This document shows positions 12,101 through 27,100 of a DNA stretch of 64,000 nt, one piece after another. The stretch's first letter is position 1; every line of letters starts with the position of its first letter. A program made the translations under genes and the position numbers. Under the pieces are notes generated by a model, which saw nothing but the letters and a program-made list of their open reading frames with translations, was not told the origin of the DNA and made no database searches. Origin of the DNA: Styela clava (taxonomy: Eukaryota); the NCBI RefSeq assembly GCF_964204865.1, contig NC_135257.1, positions 1,984,001-2,048,000 on the forward strand, written 5' to 3'.

Positions 12101-15100
12101 TGACTCTTGCTTGTGGCCAGGTTATATAAATAACAAGAAATTTTCATATCAAGGCTGTCTATATTCCAAAATTTATATACCGGTACTATAATTATACAGA
12201 ATCGGAAAATAAGATGATAACCTATAATTTCATAAATTTTGTTTTGAAAAATTACATATAAAACCTTATTTTCATATAAAATGTAAAGTAACTGAGGCGC
12301 TAGCATTTTTGTTAACTTAATATAAGAAAACATACCCTATTTATTTATTTTTTTTTCACACCAAAATTACATATATATAATTTTGCCTAATTGTTGTTGG
12401 CAAAATTCACTTTTTTCTGCAACTAACGAACAAATCTATTTCAAATTTTCACTACTCAAAAATCATTTGAGTCTCTAAAAGGCTATTTATTGCTTGCATT
12501 TTTTTCAAATTTCAGTCCTTGCTGATCTAATATTTTGCTGTTTTATTTTAATTCATAGGATGGCTTTAGGAATATAGGAACACTATTTTCCATCATGATT
12601 GTACGTCTGCCTACGATTTTATCGAAATTAGTGCTCAGCTGAGGCTATATCCTATCTGTACATATGTGCAACTTTCGTGTCCATATTATATTAGAGTGTC
12701 ACATTCTTGTTTTTCTATGTAATGATAAATCACACGGACAAGGAAAAATAAAACAACAAAAAATATGAGAGATTCAACAGCTCACCTTCCCAATACACTG
12801 CTTCAAAATACTCCAGAAGCTGAAAGCATCTCTTGAAAACATTACAACCGGTAATTTCTCTCTATAGGTGAATTCAACACAATCTTGAAATACTTGTGAT
12901 GTGTCGCTTACTAATGATACAGAACTCGACTGAAAATAGATAAAAAATATGAATAAGGACTACACTTAGCATAGAGATTGCTGTAGAATCAGAATATGAT
13001 AGCATGCTCTAAATATTAGCATGGAAATAAGTTATCTACCTACATTCTAATCTCATACAATGACTTTAGTTAAAAAAGCGCCCGGATGAAAAAATTAAAC
13101 AAACAATTAAAAAATATATTACAGGATGACCCAAAAAGCAGAACCCGGTGTATTTGGGAAATATTCTAGAGAGACGAAGCTTTGTGCAACGCATCTTATA
13201 TTACTGAATTTTTGGGTACAATCACACACAAACAGAAACTCGAGTGTTAAATATATTTTCTTCATTTTTGTAGAAGTAATTAAGAAATTTTCGAATTACA
13301 TCTTTGAAGGTTTCTCTGTAATACACTGAATCAAATGCATAAAAAATGGATCCATACCCCACTTTCTACTGATTTTTCATCTTTCCTCCTGACTTCCTTT
13401 TCGGAATGAAAATGTTTTTCTGTATGTACTGCTTTTGTACCATGAGAAGTTTTTACAGTTTCAACTGTACTTTCAATGTCATCAACTACATGCGAATTAG
13501 TTTTTCCTCTTTTAACATGAACTTCTTTATGTTTATGTTCATAATGTGACAATTTCTGAACATGTCCATTTTTTGATGTCTGTGCTTCTACAGTACTATT
13601 TGTAGATTTTTGATTGTTCAAGTTATCATTTATTTGATTTGATGATTCTGATGTTCCTGATGCTTGCTGAGGTGAAGATTCAAATTCTCCTTCCTCCTCT
13701 ATCAAAGAAAAAATTTATAGAAGTTCTAAAAGTCAAGAGTTTTTAATAATATAAATATAACAACTTTATGATTAAGGTGATCGATTTTCTCAAAGAATTA
13801 TACAATAGATTAAGATTAAATACCATTGATATATTTTGGGTACTCCTGTAATGTGTGTACCAGGTTAGGGTTAGGCCATAATTTGATTCCGATTTTCCTT
13901 ATTTTAGTTCTATTACGAGTTCGGGGACTGTCTATGTTAACCAAGTCAATATACCCCAGTCCCATAGCGTTCAGTCAACTTGATGTAAAGTAGGCGAACA
14001 AAATTAGTTACCTATGTGAATTAGTTATCATTAGTACCTATGTGTAATCGAGTTCCAGCTCATGAATGGTATCAATTTTATTAACTTCATTTTACTGAAA
14101 TGCTCTTTGTATTCAATGGTTGGATATAGATTCACCATCCTATTGAAATTGAAATAAACAGTTTGCCATGCAAGACCTCACCGCGCAATTACCGTAATTA
14201 GTTTAAACCACTGGTGGTTTTGAAACTGTAGCTTCATTGCCAAAATTACTGGTTCATTTGATAAAAATCCATTTTTTTTTATCTAAGATAAAACCCACCG
14301 TGACCTTGCTTGTAGAAATTGCTGTATTCTACATGTTAATTCCTTTTTCAAAATAGATATTGCAAAACAAAATTACAGAATTAGGACCAATTCAGATTAA
14401 TATTTCACTGAAGCGATTATTCTAATTTCTAGATAAGTAGCACCCTAATAGTAAGATATTTCTATATTTCATAAACTTTATTTTACCAAATTCAATACAA
14501 AATGGCTATATTTGCTACATATGTTCTATGTACGGAAGATTTCCCATTATCATACCACACGAAATATTTTAAACTAAACCACATTAGGTTAAAGAGAAAA
14601 TGTTGTCTCGTTTTCGATCTACAAAAAAATTAACGAACTCTCTAAAGCTGAAGGTTATGGATATGTAAAATTACATATTTTTACAATAAACAAACATGAC
14701 CTTTCGAACATAAAAATAAAAATGGAATGTTTCACCGCAGAATTACTGGAAGCAATTCTTCAAAGTGAAGACAAACATGCAAGAGATATATTAAATTGAT
14801 GACCTTTTATAAACCAGATGACATTTTTTTTAATAACAATAAATTACATAAAATGATAAATAATTTCAATGTAAGGAGTCATTTTGATGGATCGATACTG
14901 CTAATAGTTTTGAATAAAGATTGAATAAAGAACGTAGTTTACACATACACCACATGATTTGTTTAAATATGAATTAGGTGAAGCTTTTCTTCTTTTAAAA
15001 TTTCCAGGTTTGTGCACCTTGTCAATAGACTTATTAAGATATTTCAACTCTTTCACAAATAATTTTTTTTATCAAGCCAAATCAATTAATCAAATTCTTT

Positions 15101-18100
15101 TGATCACCTACTGCTACCTTGGTCCTACGCCTGATAAATAATTTATATGTTTTTTCAAAGCAACTGTATACAATTATATCAAAGCAAGCAGGTTAAATAA
15201 AAAGATTGTGAAAAAAATATGTCATTTCGCTTGTAACATTTCACTACAACATTTTCATCATCAGAATTCATAAAAAAGATAGAAATAACATTAACCTGAT
15301 TCAAATGCATCATAGAATTGATCTTCATCACTTACTATTCCACTTCCGCTTGATCCAGCAGTACTTGGTCTAAAATCAAAACAGTTATGTTTGACACTGT
15401 TATATCTAAATACTTCCCAAATCCTCAGCAATATATTGTTAATAATTATGTGGAAATGTATTAGTTTCCACATATCAGCAAAGCGAAAACAGTTTAAAAT
15501 ATCTTCATTTCAATGATAACATTGACACATTAAAACATAATGAACCAGAAATATTGACAGCCCAAAATAGCAATTAGCAACATTTAAATATTGATTTATA
15601 GGAGCAGTACCTTCAGACAAAAGCGACAGACAGAACATTTCCCAATAAACAACATAAATATAAATTCGCTAATAAGAGCCAATTTTGAAGAACAATGTGT
15701 TTACAAACATACCATCACTGTTTGTTGGCTATAAATGCCACTCCAACAAAATTTGAAGATGCAAAAAGGGGCACTCCCATTCATTCACTCACCAGAGCAC
15801 ATTTCTACATTATAATGATTCATGACTTTGCTTATTTATGATGAATGAACTTAGTTCATATTAGCAGTTATTTTGCCGATATTGCGGAATTTTACTGTGA
15901 ATTTGATTCAAAATAGATGTTATTTTGCTGATATTGTGGTATTTTACTGTGATATTTTTATATACATGCTATTTTTGTATTTGCCTGTGTTAATTGATTT
16001 GTTTGCTTATTTGATATGGACCATGATGGTCTCTGGTCTCGTGTAATAAACAGATTGAATTGAATAGTCTCATACTCTAATTAACTTATGGCACCTTGCT
16101 TGCCAACTATAAGTTTGCTTAGAGATCAATCTAAGTTTTTTTTGAGTGCACATGGTCTTGCTTTGAGCAATATACTATGAAGAAGAATATTGGCTAATCA
16201 AACCCAACTATTATTAACTCCACACAATTATTTTTGACTGATTCAACTTGGGAAAATATAAGAATAATATTTACATACTGTATATGGTTGTTTCTGCCAA
16301 ATCAAAAAACTACTGGCAGTTCTTTATTAACATAGATGATATACTACTTTAAATAAAGATTCGAAGTAACTTGCTTTATTTTAGAATTTATAATATCCTA
16401 CCTGTCACAGCCATTAACATCAACCATCTTTCCATCACCAGATGCCGACATTCTTGTAAACGATGAACGAGAATGACTCGACAATGTACGTTCCAATTTG
16501 TGATGTTCTGTGGCCAAAGCTTCAAAAGCTTGTTGCCAAACTCTTGTTTTTTCTTTTTCTTGCCCTAATTGTATTTTACGAACCTGTGAGTAAGAAATTT
16601 TTTTTTTCAACTCTAGATAGGTAAAATAGAAAGTCTTTCAAAAATATTGTTCTAGTTGAATATGAGATATAGAAAAAATGAAAATAAAAAACTCAAGTTA
16701 TACACAAGTTTGTACATAGTCGACTCCGAAACAAAGTCTTAATAACATTAACACAGGCAGTACGTAGGACTCATTCATAGACTGGTTCACAAACTATCCA
16801 CCAAAAGTAAGCCGCGTTGCTGCAAAATCAAGACTTACAGAGATAAATATTTCTGATATTTGAAACATTTCAACGAATAATATTCAAGTCAACTGGAGCA
16901 TAACCTACGATAAAATCTTTCTCAGCAAACCATATAGACAAATTGTGTTAATATAATCCTGAGCCGTCGAGTGAGCGAATTTCTGGGTTTGTGGCAATTC
17001 TACTAATTAGGAATGATGATCATTTCACAGAATATTATAACTCTCAACACAACAACACAATATCACTGAGCTATTACTATACCAACTCCAAACAACTGGT
17101 TTTATGATAAATTAAGCAAATCATGACACAAAATAAAGATATAGGCCTATACATATTATACGTGGTATCTTTGCAAGTAGAATAAAAATAGAATACATCA
17201 TAACTGCATCAGACTGATTTAATAATCTTAGATATTTACATGCAACTTAAAAGAAAATAATATTAAATTTTAAAAAACTTTATCTATTAGAATTTATTGA
17301 CAGAGTTTGAGGTTCAAAATAAATAAAACGATTACTGTCAACTTCAAGATTATAATTTGGCCAGTGATTATGGACTTCCTCAAAACCAAATCAAAACTCT
17401 TTCATGCATTCTAACTGAACTGCTAATACGGTTTACAATTGTATTGGTTTGTACCAGTTTTAACATTATCAGACTGTCGCTTATTGCAAATTAACAATTA
17501 ATATAAACTGTATTGCTATGTGAAGAATTATTCAAAATAGTCTAAAAATTATCATTGTGCTATGTATTGCAATTACAAGACTATCAAAATTAAAAAATGG
17601 AAGTCAAAAATGTCTATAGATAAATTAAATCAGTCTTTTTGAGTTTCAATTATTCTTGTTACCCGAAATTTGAATAATAATAAGAAATGCTGCCTCACCT
17701 ATCAGAAACAAATGAAAATATTCATATTTAGATATATTATGACATTGAATTTTTGAATTTAAAATTATGTTATCTTCAGATGCTATTTTGAGAAATTAGC
17801 ATGAGATGATCAGACCAAAAAGAGACTCTCAACCTAAACTACGTGTAAATTTTTTTTTTTAAATTAGGTAATTTTAAAAGCTGCACTCAATAAAACTTTC
17901 AATAAATGAACCCAAATAAAACAGAAACAAAAGTTCAAACCGGCTGCAATATAATACTGATAGTATACATTCATACAAAGAGCCTTTCTTTTGTATGTGT
18001 GCGTGGACTACGCACACACTGTCCTGGAGATCATTCAATCATTAATTATAATGTTGACATATTCAATATAACGTATGTCGTAAGATTAGACTGGAAGCGA

Positions 18101-21100
18101 CAAAGAAACTGTCACAGCTGTTTTACCGCCATTCCTCTGTTTTTTAAATATAAATAATCATTACAGGGGAATACACAGGCAAAAATTAGCCTTCTGGAAA
18201 CAAGGTTATATATTTCGAAACACTGGTTTGAGGACCTGTATTTCATGATATAATAATGATCATTTCATGAAAAAAATTTTGGCTTTGTTAACTTGCTTTT
18301 GGTATCTACATTGACAAACTAAAAAATTTGATTGTAGACTAGTAAATGCTTTTATCAGGAATGTCCAAACGAACCGAATATAATAAGTCATTTGAAATTT
18401 TTAAAATTTTATTATCTTATGATAAATGAAAAATTAGTTGACTTCTAACATTATAAAATGTAGAATACTAGGTAATCAAAACAATGTCTATCTGAATTAT
18501 TCTGCAATACTATATTTGATTTCTAGGAATTTATAATAGTCTTGGAGAATTTCTCTATTGTGGAACAGAACCGTTTCAGAATATATTCGATATTTCATAT
18601 ACGAAAAGATTATTTTAGAATGTATTCTGAATACTAAATTATTCAGTTTTGGCCATCTCTGGCTTTTATACAGTTATAGTATATTTGATTCCTTACTACT
18701 TATATTTCTTCCTTGTCCCTAATGTATAATTTTTTTGTCTATATAGCTTGATTTGGAAAAACATGCTTGTCTTCCAAGCCCAGTGAATAAATGTACCAAA
18801 CAAAATCAATGCAAATTCAAATATGCAAATTGTTTCAAATATATTTGAAATGAAATACACAGTAATGAAGATAAAAGATCAGTTTGCTGATATTGATGAC
18901 TAATCAAAACTGACCATGAAAAAGCAAGATTGATTAGTTTTTGATTGAATGCTGAACCAGCGTGTTGTATCTCTTACCATGATCTGTCACACCAATGACA
19001 CCATCATAAATAATTATTCCACAAAAAGGAAGGGTGCAGTTAATCATTACCGGCATTACACAAGTAAATTAAGCTTTCGTATTGCTGTCTATGATAAGAA
19101 TAACATACAAATACAATTGAGTAAGTTTTATATATTATCATTCACAAGTCATATTTCAAACCCAACTAGAGCCTGTTTCATATTAGATTTTTCGATCTTT
19201 CAGGACATACATCAAAAATCAATCCCATAGACACTTATGTTTGGAAATACCCCTTGAAGATTATAATAATTTAGTATATAGATAGTTCAGATATATAAAA
19301 TGAGGGTTTTACTTATAGGTAATATTGGTTCACACAGCATGCTTTTCAACAAACTTGTTAACAAACAGATGACCTGTTTCATTGTCTCAATGACCTGTTT
19401 TCCTATCTTCAACTTTTCAAATGTAGATCACATATTTAATATATTAAATGAAATCAATTTCGATTGTATTTGAATATTCGAGTTGTATGAAACAGTTTTA
19501 ATAAGCATCAGGAAGTTAAGTATCAGTCCAGTAGTTGGTAAAAAATAAAAGAAACTTCACATTTCATGCTCATGTCATTTCACTCTATAATCCATGATAA
19601 ATGCCATTAGAACAACATATCTGTCAAGAGGTTTATAATGAGAAACATTAACACGATATGCCCCTAGGGATTTTTTACTAGCATAACCTTGAGGTAAGCA
19701 GAGTGAGAAACAGTTACACGGCTCCAATGTTATCAATGTTGTCTTCATATTGTGCTAATTCAGGCATTGTGAGCAACGTTTGAATTCAAAACTCTGACAT
19801 TACTGATATGAAAAGTCAACTATCCAGCAAGCAAAAATTTCGAAGCTCATATTCAAGAAACACCTAAAAAGACCTTGCTACTATGAATCATATCCTCTCC
19901 ATCTATCATATTATGTTATGTGACTTCCTATATTGAAACATGCCATGACACAGCAGATAGACAGGTAAAGTAAACTGAAAAGTAAAATAATCTTATTAAA
20001 CATACATGACTTTAGTATACAAAGTTATTGAGTATGATCAGTAGGATAAATATATTATGGTAAATTACTTTATGGGTTCTGTTATTAATACCAGAATATG
20101 TCTTCGTTTATAATGAACTATGATAAATTAAATTACTGCACTATATATCGTCACTTTATCAAATAATTACAAAATTCGATTTCACTTTTCTCAGACGGTA
20201 AATTAAAAAGTTCTTGAAAAGCTACTTTGTATAAAGCTTTGAACAAAAATATAAAATCCAGAGTGAAGGGAAGATTGAGAACCAGCAATGATAGCTCATA
20301 TTTCAAATTTCAAACAGAACTGCAAATAAGCTGTTTGGTGCTCTGGAATATTGAAAAATCTTATATTCATATAGCCTACCTAACTTCAGGACCATAATAT
20401 ACTATTTCAGTAAAACCATAACTCATGCGTAAATTCTCGCATTTGCAATGGATTTTGCAGTACAGGGATTATGAGTAATAGATTAAAGTTCAAGAGTGAT
20501 CAATTTCTAACTTTTCAGTCTTAAGCTATCAATTTGATGATTGCATTCTAGGCTGATTCCATGTTTACAGCCATAAATTCTAACACATACAATGCTATAA
20601 ACAGAACATTAGTAAACTATCTAACTATAAATAAACTAAAATTCTCTTGTTGATTAAAATCATGTTATTCATGATACCTAATTGCATATATAAGTAACAA
20701 ATTATACAATCAATTCATAACGAAAAATTAAATTATAAAAATTTTGGCAATTACATAAAGAAGAAAATGACATCAATGTTGAACCGATACCAGTACATTT
20801 TACAGATAACTTAGCGCATCTAACTAATACTTGTAATAATAAACTAAACTCATCAACCATGAAATGAACTGAATAATTATATGTTATTATCTCAAAAAAT
20901 CAACCATAAATGATTTGAATCCACACCCTGTAAATCCTACAATCATTCTATTCTATTACCCTGCTGAAATATTGGAAGGAGAAAATCCTTCAGTCAGTAT
21001 TATTTTTCACCTGCATAAATTACTATTCTATAATAAAAAATTACATGTTACAACCGTGAATTTCAACTTCTGTCACACAAGTATACTATACAAAGGAAGT

Positions 21101-24100
21101 GAACTATGATGCATAATCTTTTGACATCGTTTTAGTTGACCTAATTTCAATTGATCAGTAATACCTTAAGCAGAGGTTGGCCTCTATTATTAGAATGGTG
21201 CATTAAATTATTCACTCATTAATATATTCATGTTTGTTGCTGACACATCTACCTTCTTTATGTCAACACAAAAAGCAAGAACATCGGATGATCAGTCGGT
21301 ACACCCACGTTGTTTGTTCGTTACGCAATTGATTTTTTTTTACAGTCTGGGGTAATGATTACCTGCGATTTCACTTTTACTGATTTTATAATTAATTCAA
21401 ACTGGGTTTGGAATAAAAGGAATAGGATGCATCAAGTTTTCTGAATATCCATGTATTAAAAACAATCACAACTAAATATTATAATTCCCATTAACAGTCT
21501 TTACATGATTCCCATGTAATGTTCTTCAACAGGTTTTTCCTACAACTACAAAAACACCTAATAATGTAAACCCCTAATAATCAATTCAATCACAAAATAC
21601 TTAAGGGCGATTAAAATTTCTGAAATACCAAAAATTAGATCGATGGATAGTTTTTTGTTCATATTTTCATGAAACCAGACATCATATCAATACCATTGAA
21701 AGTTCTTTAATCAATCTAAAAGTTAGGGTGTGAACTTTCAGACGCTGATGCAAGTCTATTTCTCTATACTATTCTTGAAATCACATTGACTTTCACCAAC
21801 TCAAATCTTGTTTCTAATTAATATCTAACTTATTGTTGTCATAATGACTAATATTTTCATACTCGATACCCCACAGACTATTTCTTATCTTGTGAGAAAG
21901 GTGTTTCATTCATAATAAGTGATCTTCAACACCGAAAATGACACAAAAAAAATTGTAATTTAAGAATATAAAATGAAATTATCAGATTGACTACTCAAGT
22001 GATCTATTAATTATGATTACACAATTCAAAACTGACCGGCTTTAATAAGATTTCATTTTAAAATGTCATAATAAAGCTTTTACAAATAGAAACCATGGGT
22101 CAAATGCAATTATTACTGTTCAAATTTCTCATTCAAATATTCTTTTTATTTCTAATCTGAAGATAAAACATACTCACCAGTGCAGATAAATAAGATATTA
22201 TATGCTATATAATAAATTAAGCATTCGCTTCTAAAATACTATTTACTTTCCCACTTCATAATATACAGGGCTATTAACCAATGAAAGTAGTTTCAATAGC
22301 AACTGTTTTCTTAATAACTGTTGAACAAAACATGATATGCTTCACTCTTCTGACTCAAAACAGTGCAACCGCTACCACTATTAGTTGAGTTTCCATGGCT
22401 AAAAGGAAAGTAAAGGTCCACTAGTAATGTAAAGAAGTAGAAGCAATGTGAATTTAGCCTATTCTTGATAGATGCAGGCCAAATACAAATGTATAACATA
22501 CAGGAATTAAAAGCAAAAAGAACTCCAAAGCAGCATTTGTATGCATAAAATATAGACTATTTTATTTTTGAAACTTCAAATATTATTAAAAATATTTTGT
22601 ATACTTGATTTAATCCACTAACCATCTGTGCACAGCTTCCTGTTATGGCAAAGCAGTCATTAATGAATGTCTGTACAATACAACTTTATTGAATCAATTA
22701 AACTGACCGACAAAATGCCACCTCCAATCCTTTTTAATTATTTGAAATGGAATACTGCAACTGACCATCTAAATATAGGTAACTGATAACACGACAAATC
22801 TTTAATATTAAACTATTCCTAATACTTTGAAGATGAAATAACTTATAGAATTTTTATTTATATTTGTTTCCTCATTTATATCAGAGATAGTATGATCTGG
22901 TTAGACAATAAAAATGTGTGTAATCTCAGGAATAATATGATTGTGCTATTTGGAATGTCTTATCACCCTAATTCATTATGACAACTTTCATAAAAAATTT
23001 ATCTACAACACAATGCCCTATGGTTTAATTGATATCTTATGTTTGAATTTTTTTTAATAGATAACCAATCCAAAATTTCTCGATTTTTTCATCACCATGA
23101 GAAATCCTAATGAGATAAAATGAGGTGTTTTGTTGAATGATAAAGCTATGAGAGGGCAACCTAAAAGTAAAATATAAATATGAATGCAGAACATCAAATC
23201 AGCACCGCAGAGAAAATGAACATCTATTATAAATGCAATATATTTTACAGAAACACTTCCATCTACTTAGAATTTAAAAATGATTGCTCATGTAGATGAA
23301 AAAAAAAGGAAATTTTTGTCCCAATAAAAAGAACTTTTTCCCAAACTACCCACCCCATGTCCTATTACCAATGTTTCTAAATATTGGTATCTACCTGAAC
23401 CTATTATAAAGAATATAACACAAAGACACCAGTCATACCTAACATCCGTGAGAAAGTATGCCGCATTTAGAACTTCATGAATGCCAAAAAGCTATTGAAA
23501 GATTAGTAAACCCATTCTATTAGAATCTAATTTCATCTGTAATGCCTTAGGGGTAAAATAAGGATAAACAGAATGGTGAGGCATTCCAGCAGTAATACAA
23601 TATGTGGACGCAGAACAAAGATATTGATGACAAGCATAATCCATTAAAGTGATTTTGTCAAGTCAAGTAGATTTTTATTTTATGATAAAAAGCCATGCTA
23701 ATGTTAGTGATATTTATGTTGACGTATGTATATTTTATTCATTATCCAATGGATGAAACCAATTAGAAAATAAAAAATGTTATTGGAAATAAGTTTTGGC
23801 AATGAGATTTTCATAACATAGCTGAAATGAATGTTTGATATATTTTTGCTTTGATGAATTTTAATGAAATATATCCAATTTTGAATCATCAGATTATTTA
23901 AATTATAAAAGAAACATGCAGTTTATTGTTATTTTATGAAACGCTAAAATTTCTATACACACTAAAAATCCTCACATGTTGTACATGAATAAATAAATAG
24001 ATTTATTTTGATTAATTCAATGCCATAAACATGTCTTCAAACTGGAAAACAAAACAAAGTAAGATGAATATAATGACTGCTTCAACAACTTATACAGGAC

Positions 24101-27100
24101 ATTGGTAGTAATGAAAAGAAAATCATCAATATTGGCATTGCCCATAGATCAAATATGTAAATTGGGAATAATAGATGCTGATACAATAATCTAACAATCC
24201 TGGGGAAATGTATTAGGCACTAATAACATAATTTTAATCAATCAAAATAGAAATAGGAATTGGGTGTCCGTGTCCTATGAATATATGTACTCTGAATAAA
24301 TCACGTACACTTTCAAAGAGCAAACAAAACAATTATAATCCAAACAAGTGCGTATCCAAGCAGGCACATAACCACTAACCAGATTACAATAGCATATGGT
24401 CGCAGACCTACTGGGAAATAAATATTCCCAAGGCAATAGTTATAATAATTTAGGATAAATAAAAAGTTATGATCATTTTCCAAATTTTAATATAAATACT
24501 AAAAATGATAAACTTACTATGAAGCGGTATAACTATCTGTGTGGTGTATGTTTTTAAACCTAAAATCGAAAAATCAACAATTTTTAACAAAATACCCAAA
24601 ACCTGTTGTTATTTCAATAACTGGATAAGTTTTTTCTTTGTCTTGCACAGCATCTGAAATATAATTTCTAATTACTGAATTATCAGCCTGCTACAGAAGC
24701 AACATATGCTTGGTTAAAACAGTCTGACAGTGTGAAAATGCAATAAAACCTTGTGCTTGGTTGCAGAACAGCAAAAGCTCGGTCTCAAATTGACATTCTT
24801 TATAACAAATATGCTGATATATGCTGAAGAAACCATGGTACCGTAACTCTAACCTTGTGAAGTGAGTTTTCAAATGCTTTTCAAAATTTTTTCTGAATTT
24901 AGCTCTGCAATCTGACACTTGATCAGGACATTTGTGATATGCTCCATTAAATTTCTCTTTCAACATTTCAAAGCTAGAACAACTTTTCAATCTTTACACT
25001 GCACTTAAACTGTCTGTAAAACTGGGCACAAAAGAAGATTTCTGTTGAATATTGAATTGCATAAATTCTCTCCTTGCTTTTTTCTCCAATATTCTCTCAA
25101 GCTATGAATAGCATCAGGGCATAGTAACAAAGTGTTCCCATAGTCATATGTAACTTCATAAGATAGTGTATGATCTGAAAACATAAAAAAAATCCTAGTT
25201 TCAAAAATTTAATTTATTTATGATATATATATGAAGAGTGATTGAACAAAATAATATATGAATATATTTCAATATTGTGTGACTTTGTCAGCAGTTTAAA
25301 AAAAAATCTTAAAATCTTTGGGAACACTATAATTTTTTTTTACCTAATTCAATAAATAAAAAATATCAATCTTATACTTCCAGCAAGTTCTATTTCAACT
25401 GAATACTTTAAATTCAAATGAACAATATATTAATAGATATTTTCAACAAAAATCAATTGATTTTATTCATGCGAGTACACATAAATCGCATAATAATACA
25501 AATGTGTGCATACCATTATTATGATAAATTATTGTAAAAAAGTACATATTGATATTGATATTGTAAGGCCAAATAGTGAGATTGGATGACGATATCCTAA
25601 ATTTTATTTATTAAAATTTTTTCAAATATCTAGGTTTTCCCTAATGAAACATAGGATTCGAGAATGAATATTAAAAAAACTTTGATAGTCATTACATTAT
25701 TTTTTTTAACAAAAATCACAGAAGATATAATATTATAGTTTTTCCCCATAATCAATTTATTATTGATCAGAAGTAAAATTTTGATTTATTTACTAGTATT
25801 TATAAAGAAAAGAATTCACTTTCATTTCAGTGACGATATGAAAACATGGGCCAAAATGTACAAAAGGTGTTGAGGATGGCTGTATTCATATAATATGATA
25901 TTAGCATTATTCATGATGAATAAAATAATACTTATATAAAATTAAATGAGAAAATTGAGAAGTAATTATACCATAACTTATAAGTTTCCATTATTCTACA
26001 AAAAATTAAAAACAATGCAGAGGGCAGAGAGATCTTGATATGAAACACTATGTATATGCCATACAATGAATTTGAAAGCTTTGTCAGATATTAAATATTA
26101 GAATACTAGAATAAAATATTAGTATAGTCTAATGAAATTAGTAACGATAGTTAAACTGCTGTTTGAAAATCAATAAATCAATTTTGATGAAAAAAGGATG
26201 CACTGCTAACTCTAATGCTAGATTGGCAACTAATCGGTAGAATAGTATTATTTTTGCTCTGAGCCAGGACCTACAATAGCACCAACCGATATCTGCATAA
26301 GTATTGTAAGATATGTATAGCTGGTTTCACACTCTGTTGAAAAAATACCCTGTGATAAATATGTTAAATCCCCCATGATAAATATGTTAATCCTATTCTA
26401 TGCCCTTCCATTTAAGGGCAATCACTCACTATAGTAACTGTGTAGAGTTAATCAGGCAGTGAATACGGCGCACAGGATTTATCTGTATCTATCTAATTTT
26501 AGCCGGTACCGATACAACTACCGATATTGATAATATGGCTGATATTGCCGATAGCGATACATCTCCAATACTAACTCTTACACTGCTCATCCACCGGTTC
26601 AACAATCACAGGTTCACATTTTATGACGGTAATCATTTTTGAGATGAGTGCAATACTTATACTCATATAACCATGTCCTGCAAAAGCCTGTTTTATAATC
26701 CCATTAAGAGACAACAACGTCATGTTTGAAATATGCTGAACTGAATCTTTCACAGGTGAACCAAACAACATAGCCGTAGCTTATTTTAGTTCAATATTAT
26801 CTTACCTGGTCTTGATGTTGTAATGTTGTTAGACAGGAAGAGAATGCTGTTGTCATTTCATTTGATATGCTCAATATCTGATGACATTTGCCGAGCAATA
26901 TTTGTGCAGCTTGTGAGGTATCTAGAACAAAGTTCAAGGCGCTTACTCATAGGCTAGTTCAGTAATTCTCAAAAGGGCAAATATCACGAATAAGAGGGCA
27001 ATAACGCATTCTTGAAAAGTCAAGACTGGTATTTTTTGGATAAAGAGATATGATGCAATAATAACGAATTCAAAATGGAATTTACATAAGATAGGTATGA

